64,000 bases of DNA from Chrysomallon squamiferum (Eukaryota; Animalia; Mollusca): contig CM022673.1 of the NCBI GenBank assembly GCA_012295275.1, forward strand, positions 16,492,001 through 16,556,000. Direction: 5' to 3'. The translations under genes were made by a program, and so were the position numbers. Under the pieces are notes generated by a model. That model did no database searches. It saw only the letters and a list, made by a program, of their open reading frames with translations, and was not told the DNA's origin. Each line of letters begins with the position of its first letter. Positions within the stretch are counted from its first letter, which is position 1. This document shows positions 57,301 through 64,000 of the stretch, piece after piece.

Positions 57301-60300
57301 TGGAGGTAATTTATAATTTTCGATATTTTTTTATTTATTAATTCCCTTCCCCCACCCCAATAGTTCACCCACTGTGGATCAGCGCCTTGGTTTTTGAGAT
57401 TAAATCTACGTTAACATTTATGTATCCGGTATCTGACTCGCTTGAACATATTGGCAAGATCAGTAATCTCTTAAATTCCGTTGAATGAATAGGAAAAAAA
57501 CAACAACAAAAGGAAAAAAAGAAAAGAAAATGACCATTCCTTCACCCTTAAAAAAAAGAACAACAACGAAACAAATTCAAATTTGTAAATAATAATAAAT
57601 GTCACATATTTATTTTTGCAAGCTTTTAAAAATATCATAAATAAATAAATATATTAATAAGTAAACAAATAAATAAATAACAAAACAATGATGATTATCA
57701 TCATTAGATCTTTTAATCACTAAGTATTAATTTAGGTATCCCAAAATGAAAACAATAACCACGTGTAATATAAATGTCCTCTTTATATAGAGGTAAATGT
57801 TCAATAGTATGCGAATAATATACGATATGACACAGATGTAATTCCAAATATAACTTTATTAAATCAAAATGGAGAAAAAATAAAAAGCACGGTAATTTGA
57901 GTATGTGCTACCTTGTATAAAGTACTTTTCTGTTTTCATTCTGCTATTTATTTATTTATTATTTTATACACACACAAAGGAAAAAATAAGGAAAAAATCC
58001 CTCTTCTTCTGTTTTCTTAGGCTCCGCAGACTTCAACATCAGCGCCTTGTTCTTCGAGACACATTGCCCACCTCTTCAAGCATTCCTCTCCAACTCCGGT
58101 CAGCATCTCCCTTGTTACAAGATTGCAGGCATTTCTTATACGTTCCTCTAACTCTTCAACACTCCTGGGCTTTGATGCAAAGACTTTGCTTTTCAGGAAG
58201 CCCCACAGAAAGGAGTCGCAGGGTGTCAAATCGGGAGAACGTGGCGCCCACTCCAAAGGTCTTCGACGACCTATCCATCTATCAGGGAACTTATGATTCA
58301 AGAAATCGCGAGCTGCTTTAGCATAATGTGGAGGAGCACCATCTTCTTGCAAGAAAAAATCATCAGCATTGGCTACACGTTCCAGTTCAGGGAGAAAAAA
58401 GTTTCGAAGCATCACTTGATTACTGACACCTGAAAAGGTGGGCAAAATGTCTCGAAAAACAAGGCGCACATTCTGAAGTCTACGGAGCCTAAGAAAACAG
58501 AAGAGGGGATTTTTTCCTTATGGGACAAATTGTTGAAGTCTATAGAAAGTTCACAACTAATTTTGTTCAAATCCGTAAAGCCGTTTTCATTTAATTAAAA
58601 TTTAAAAGTGTAGCTGAATTTTGAATGACCCTGTGAATGTATATATATATAAAATAAAAATAAATAAATAAATAAATAGCAGAACGAAAACAGAAAATTA
58701 CTTTATATAGGGTAGCACTTACTCAAATGACCTGTTACAACATTACCTTAGGTAAATGACCGCGCTTTGAGTATGGTGGGCATAAATAGGATGGTTTCAT
58801 TAATGCTGTTATGTTCTAGATCGATCTCAATTAAAGTAAAACAGGTACAGTCCATTATCTCTCTCTTTGTTGTTGTTTTTTTTAGTAGTAGAATATGTAA
58901 GACATATTTTTTTCAATTAAAGAAAAATTATACAATTTTCTCCTTAACATTATTTATTAGTGAATATATCCGAAATACTTTGAAATTAGAAAATGAAATA
59001 ATAATAAAAAGATAATTTTCAGTGAAAAAAAAAAAAAAAAAAAAAAAAAAGAATATCTAGTTGTGAATGGTTGTCCGTATCCGCGCGTGTATGTGTATGA
59101 AAGAAATTGATAGATTTTGTCATTTTTAAGATTTTTTAATTTTATGTTATTTCTTTTTCGATATATATATATTTTTTAAAAGCCCATGCCTACCTGTTTT
59201 AATGCCACTGTCACAGCTGTCCGCGGCGCTGTCGTTGCTACCTTTACGGTCAGTTCCAGCAGACTGGATTGATTTCATTGAATGGCAACTTCCGCTAATT
59301 GAGGCTGGATTACTGGAGCCTGCTTCTAAACTGGCTGCCATGTCAAAAGAATTCTGTTGTTTTAAGGCATCCGCAGCCCCAACGAGACAATTTTTTGCTT
59401 TTTTAGGCAATTTCAGTCTGGCTTGAGCATGCGAGTAATAAAGAGTGAAATTATTAACAATCACAGGAACCGGAAGTGCTAGCATTAGAAGACCACACAA
59501 AGCGCATATTGCTCCAATGATATACCCCAAGGCTGTTCGAGGGTACATGTCCCCATAACCCAGTGTTGTCATGGTTACCACAGCCCACCAGAAAGCTCTG
59601 GGTATGTTGGTAAAATCGTTATTAACGTCCTCTTCTATCTGCTCCGCGTAATAGATGAGACAGGAGAAAATTAACACACCGATACAAAGAACTAGTATCA
59701 ACAGTAATAACTCTTTTGCGCTGGCTTTTATGGTATGAGCCAGAATTTTCAAACCACTCACGTGTCTTGTCAGTTTAAGAATTCGAAAAATTCGGATAAG
59801 ACGAAGTGAATTGAGGAAGTACAAACCTGGAGAATCTTCAAGCGATGGGTTAATTCCAATGACGAGTTGCTTCGTATAGAAAGGAATGACAGAGAGAAAG
59901 TCCACCCAATTTAAAGCCTGTTTGACATGAGCACCTTTCACAGGACAGCATATGAAACGAAGAACTATCTCCAGCGTAAAATATCCAATGCACGTATATT
60001 CCATGACATCCAGAAACTGCATTGGACGTGTCCGTCGTTGTGTTTCTCGCACAGTAATACCGCTCAGAGTTATATTTGGCACTTTCACATATCGAAACAG
60101 CACGTGAGTTTCCATGCAGAATGTTGCTATAGAGAAGAGCACGAACACTACAGAAACAACAGCAATTGCCTGAAATAGAATGATCATTTTTATATATCTA
60201 TTAAAGATCACAGTTATCACAGGAAAAGATCTAAAAGTGGTTTTGAAATTTATCGCAGAAAATGAAATATATTATCACTTCCTGGTTATCCAGAAAAATA

Positions 60301-61630
60301 GTAAAATCTATTTGTAAAAATTGTTTATTTCTGTTAAAAAAATTAATTAAGAACACTTATTGGTACAGATAATATGTGATACAAACATAATTGTCATTTC
60401 TTCAGTTTAGTCTGTCAGTAAACAGGAATATGTATTTCCTCCGCTTTATAATGAAAATATAATTATATTTTATTATAACCAAATGTTATTGTCGAGAAAA
60501 CAGTTATGTATGTTAAATATATTCAATCTATTTGTTCCTAATAAAATAATTATAATAAAAGTATTTTAAAGAAAATGCATCATTTTAAAAATGAAAGCTT
60601 TTAAAAATAGAGAACAATTTGTTCGACTTATTACAACTGATACTATTTAAAATGTGTATAATTACCAAGCACATAATTTTACTTACTGTTATATACTAAA
60701 GATAATATTTTATTAGTAAAGAATACTATTCTAAAACGTAACTCTAATCGAAAAATCAAAATGAATTTAATAAATGTATAGAGAACTAACATTTCTTTTT
60801 ATTTTGTTGAATAAAATTATTCCACTGGGGTTTTTTCTACTGAATTTTAACATTATGGATTAATACTCCTTTATATAGTCAGCTTTTCAATATAGTATTT
60901 ACATACTAGTAAACCGACATTATAACAAGAAGGAGAAGAAAAAAGAAGACATAGCAGAACAACAACAATAAATAAATAAATAAATAAATAAAAATACAAA
61001 AATTAGAATATAAAAATGTTATAATCATACCTGAGCACCTTTCGAAGATTTAGGATCTTCTAGAAGACTCCAAAGTTTTGGTTGCCATCTTTCCCACATG
61101 GTGGCAGTTTTGTTGTTGGCTTCTTCAACAATTCCGAATCTCTGGGCAATACTTTCGTCTCCCATTTCACTATCACTGTTGTCCTCACCATTGTCTCCAT
61201 CGAATTCAGCTAAGGTTTCCTGCGCGTCTCTATGAGCTCTATAGTTACTCCAACAACAAGGCTCAATTTGTTTTTCGTCAATTCCCCAAAAAGCCAACTC
61301 CTCTTCAAAAAGTGGTCCGCAGACATCACTAGGCACATGTAGACGTCCTGTTCTGTAATAGTTGATTATCATACTGAAAACCCCAGGGTGTCGGTCGAAG
61401 AAATATTCACCATTCAGGGGGTCGTAATCCGGGTTATGTGCTGTGGTTTCTGTTAGCCAAGATAGCCTAGTGTCTGGAATATTTTTTAATGTAGATTTAT
61501 AAGTTTCATATCGCACCCCGCCGACGTTGATGACAACCCGATTACTATATTGTCGTCCCGGTACAAATGATTGTTTGTTCTGTTTTATTGCCGACTGTTG
61601 CGCAACAGAAAATCGTCTTACATATTCCAT
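53257..61630 (-). CDS. Shaw: Voltage-gated potassium channel, Shaw/Kv3 (KCNC) subfamily
   Basis: Exons 61630-61031, 60169-59194, 54216-54046 and 53336-53257. T1 domain [60 protein letters not shown] (Hx5Cx20CC zinc site), S4 [15 protein letters not shown], pore [18 protein letters not shown] and S6 [11 protein letters not shown]. The last two exons are inferred from splice phase. Confidence 0.93.
57986..58633 (-). mobile_element. Truncated DD41D (rosa/Visitor-type) Tc1/mariner element with internal inverted duplication, in a Kv3 intron
   Basis: ORF 58017-58469 encodes [11 protein letters not shown]...WIGR...[25 protein letters not shown], with 41 residues between the second and third catalytic Asp. 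The right end ...GAATGACCCTG is a TIR-like CAGGGT on the minus strand. The N-terminal half and the left TIR are missing. Confidence 0.85.
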
Positions 61631-62693
61631 GTCTGTTGAAAGTGCGGAGCTCTTTCAGGCAAGCCTCGTTCTGAATTTGATATACGATAAGCACATTCTT
61701 TTTAAAATTCTATCAAAGTATACCTATTTGAACATTTTTGTATGAGTAGATATTTGTATATTGAACGTAATTAAAAGAATAAATGCGTTGAAGTACCTTA
61801 CTTCCATGTAGAAAGAATAATAAACATAATTCTGTGCCAAGATATCACCAAGAAAATGAAGAAATATTGAAATTTACACATTTCTTCAACTACGATTGAG
61901 CTCCTTCGAATACTGAACAAATGTATCCAATATTAGTCCTTAAAATATAAAGATACGGCAATAAAATCAAAATCGATCAGGGATATTTCCATTGAAGATT
62001 TAATCTGTGGAACAAAAGAACAATTCAGATATTTTCTCTTCAGTAGGCAACATCCCATAGACTGCTAGCGGATAACCTAATTGGTTTGTAGATGATTACT
62101 ATCGTCCACTTTCGATGCTGTCGTCACTTGCTAAGAATATCCTGATGGATTCTGAGAGAAAGTACGATCTGTGTAGTTAGTAATAATAGAATTTATAATA
62201 ATAAATGTTCACAGATGATTAAAGTTTATTGCAGAATATAATTCATTTTAATTTTAATTATTACTTTTTTTCTTTTCTATTGGAAATTATGACGTGCGTT
62301 AATGATTGGTTCCTACGCTATCAAAATGAAAGTCTTTTGAACCGAATGTGGCGAAAATGAACACACGATGTAAAAGAGTTTGGAAACAGGACATACGCAG
62401 TATTAGTTCACCTGGCGGGAAACCAAACAGGTGTGTTTGATTTTCAGCACTTTGTATCGATTGTTCTTCCCACGCTGGAGAGTTGCAACCAGATTTCTTA
62501 ACCAATCAATAAATAAAATTAAATATTAAAGATGAAGTTAAAAAAAAAAAAAAAGAAAAAGAAAAAAAAAATTAAAGAAATGTCAACGACACATGTACCA
62601 ATCGAGTTTCAGCACACTTAGTAGAATTTTTTTTTCTAGATATATATAATTAGTCGCCTTTTTTTTTTAAATTACATCTGTTTGCAAAAAAAA

Positions 62694-62705
<12 letters not shown>

Positions 62706-62782
<77 letters not shown>

Positions 62783-62846
62783 GTAAAGTAAAGTAAAATA
62801 AAATAAAATAAAATAAAATAAAATAAAATAAATATAATAAATAAAT
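62706..62846. repeat. (TAA)n and (TAAAA)n microsatellites
   Basis: Direct inspection. Confidence 0.9.
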
Positions 62847-64000
62847 AAACTAAAAACCCCAGTCAAAAATCACTTTCTCAAAGACTATTAAATTATTTAA
62901 AAAAATAAAAATAAACAATTTAATTAAATTTTTAAATTTTTTAAAAGTTAAAACCTCTATCACAATTTGTTTTTTGTTTTTTTGCCTCGTTGGTTAAATG
63001 ATGAGTGAAGAAAGATCTTGGGATCGAACCTTATTAGTGTACTCGATAGCGCATCTAGTTTTCTATGACTAATTTATCAAAGTCAGTACTATACTGGTAC
63101 TTGTAATGATGTCTTTATGTAGCAGCACTACTTATACTAAATACTCCACAAAACATTACTTTTTTCTCCGTTCTTGTAAGTCATTTTTCAGTCACGGCAT
63201 TTAATTTTATTTGTTCATAATAACAGAAGCGATACTCTTATAATTAAAATGATTACCTTTATGTAAGTGTATAGGTCTGAGAGAGAGAGATAGTAGGAGA
63301 AAGTTTGTGTTTAATATTTATATATAAGTAGAAAAATACAGATGGACTCTAAGAGAGGAGCCTGCATATGTGTGTGTGTGTGTGTGTGTGTGTTTATATA
63401 TATATATAAACTCAAGTGGTGATATTTCTAGCATAATATATGTAATTATAATGCTAAATAAAAACATATCATCAGTGTGAATTTACGTGAAACAGTTCTT
63501 TTTTTCTTTTTGTTTGTTTGTTTGTTTCTTTTTTCTTTAATATATTTTATATCTAAAAAGGTGTTTTTTTAAAATATATTTGTCATAAAAGTTAAAATTT
63601 TGTTATAATTCTTTTATTGGTTGATAACTGATTGAAAATACCGGCATCCAATACACTGATAAAACAATGTTCAAAGTGTTTATAATAATATCCGAGAATT
63701 AATGGGTTTTCAGTTACTGAGTAAAATAACCAGTTTTTCTTGGAAACATTTACACACTGTTCATTTATAAGTGAAATAGCTTCTTATTATAATTCATTAC
63801 AATATAAGAATAAATAAAAGATATCTTCAATTTCAACGTTATAAACTGAATACATACTGGAGAAAATAATGTGCTAGTTCTATGAACGTTTCTTCGCAGA
63901 AGATATCTTATATAGTAACGAAAATAATTTTCCGGAAGTGAATCCAGCTATTATTAAATTATTAATTTATATTTGAAATTTCCAGTTTTGGTTTTATCTG

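Noticed and set aside
57905-61745. Plus-strand ORFs at 57905, 59202, 59927, 61078 and 61527
   Set aside because: Antisense shadows of the transposase fragment and Kv3 exons.
62985-63055. tRNA-like or SINE-head sequence (also near 19620 and 21960)
   Set aside because: Only vague A/B-box resemblance and no cloverleaf; too degenerate to call.

Overview
AT-rich, intron-containing eukaryotic genomic DNA, rich in microsatellites. It is an invertebrate metazoan; lophotrochozoan or mollusc is a guess from composition and gene style. Seven spliced protein-coding genes were reconstructed by hand from GT-AG junctions and phase matching: the 3' end of AVL9 (+), a 598-aa PARP-family gene with UIM-like, tankyrase-type H-Y-E catalytic and UBA-like domains (-), an Acl4-like TPR chaperone (+), STK16 (-), DCTN2 (+), mitochondrial citrate synthase (-) and a Shaw/Kv3 potassium channel (-). 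The citrate synthase carries a 1-nt insertion and premature TGA in exon 9. The Kv3 gene has up to three phase-compatible C-termini. There are two head-to-head gene pairs and several transposon relics (DD41D Tc1/mariner fold-back, a mariner-derived MITE, a Penelope-like GIY-YIG fragment). The most notable items are the UIM-PARP-UBA architecture, the citrate synthase frameshift, a predicted three-way-junction RNA at about 6.5 kb, and a 41-bp-period repeat array overlapping a Kv3 stop codon. No database searches were run.
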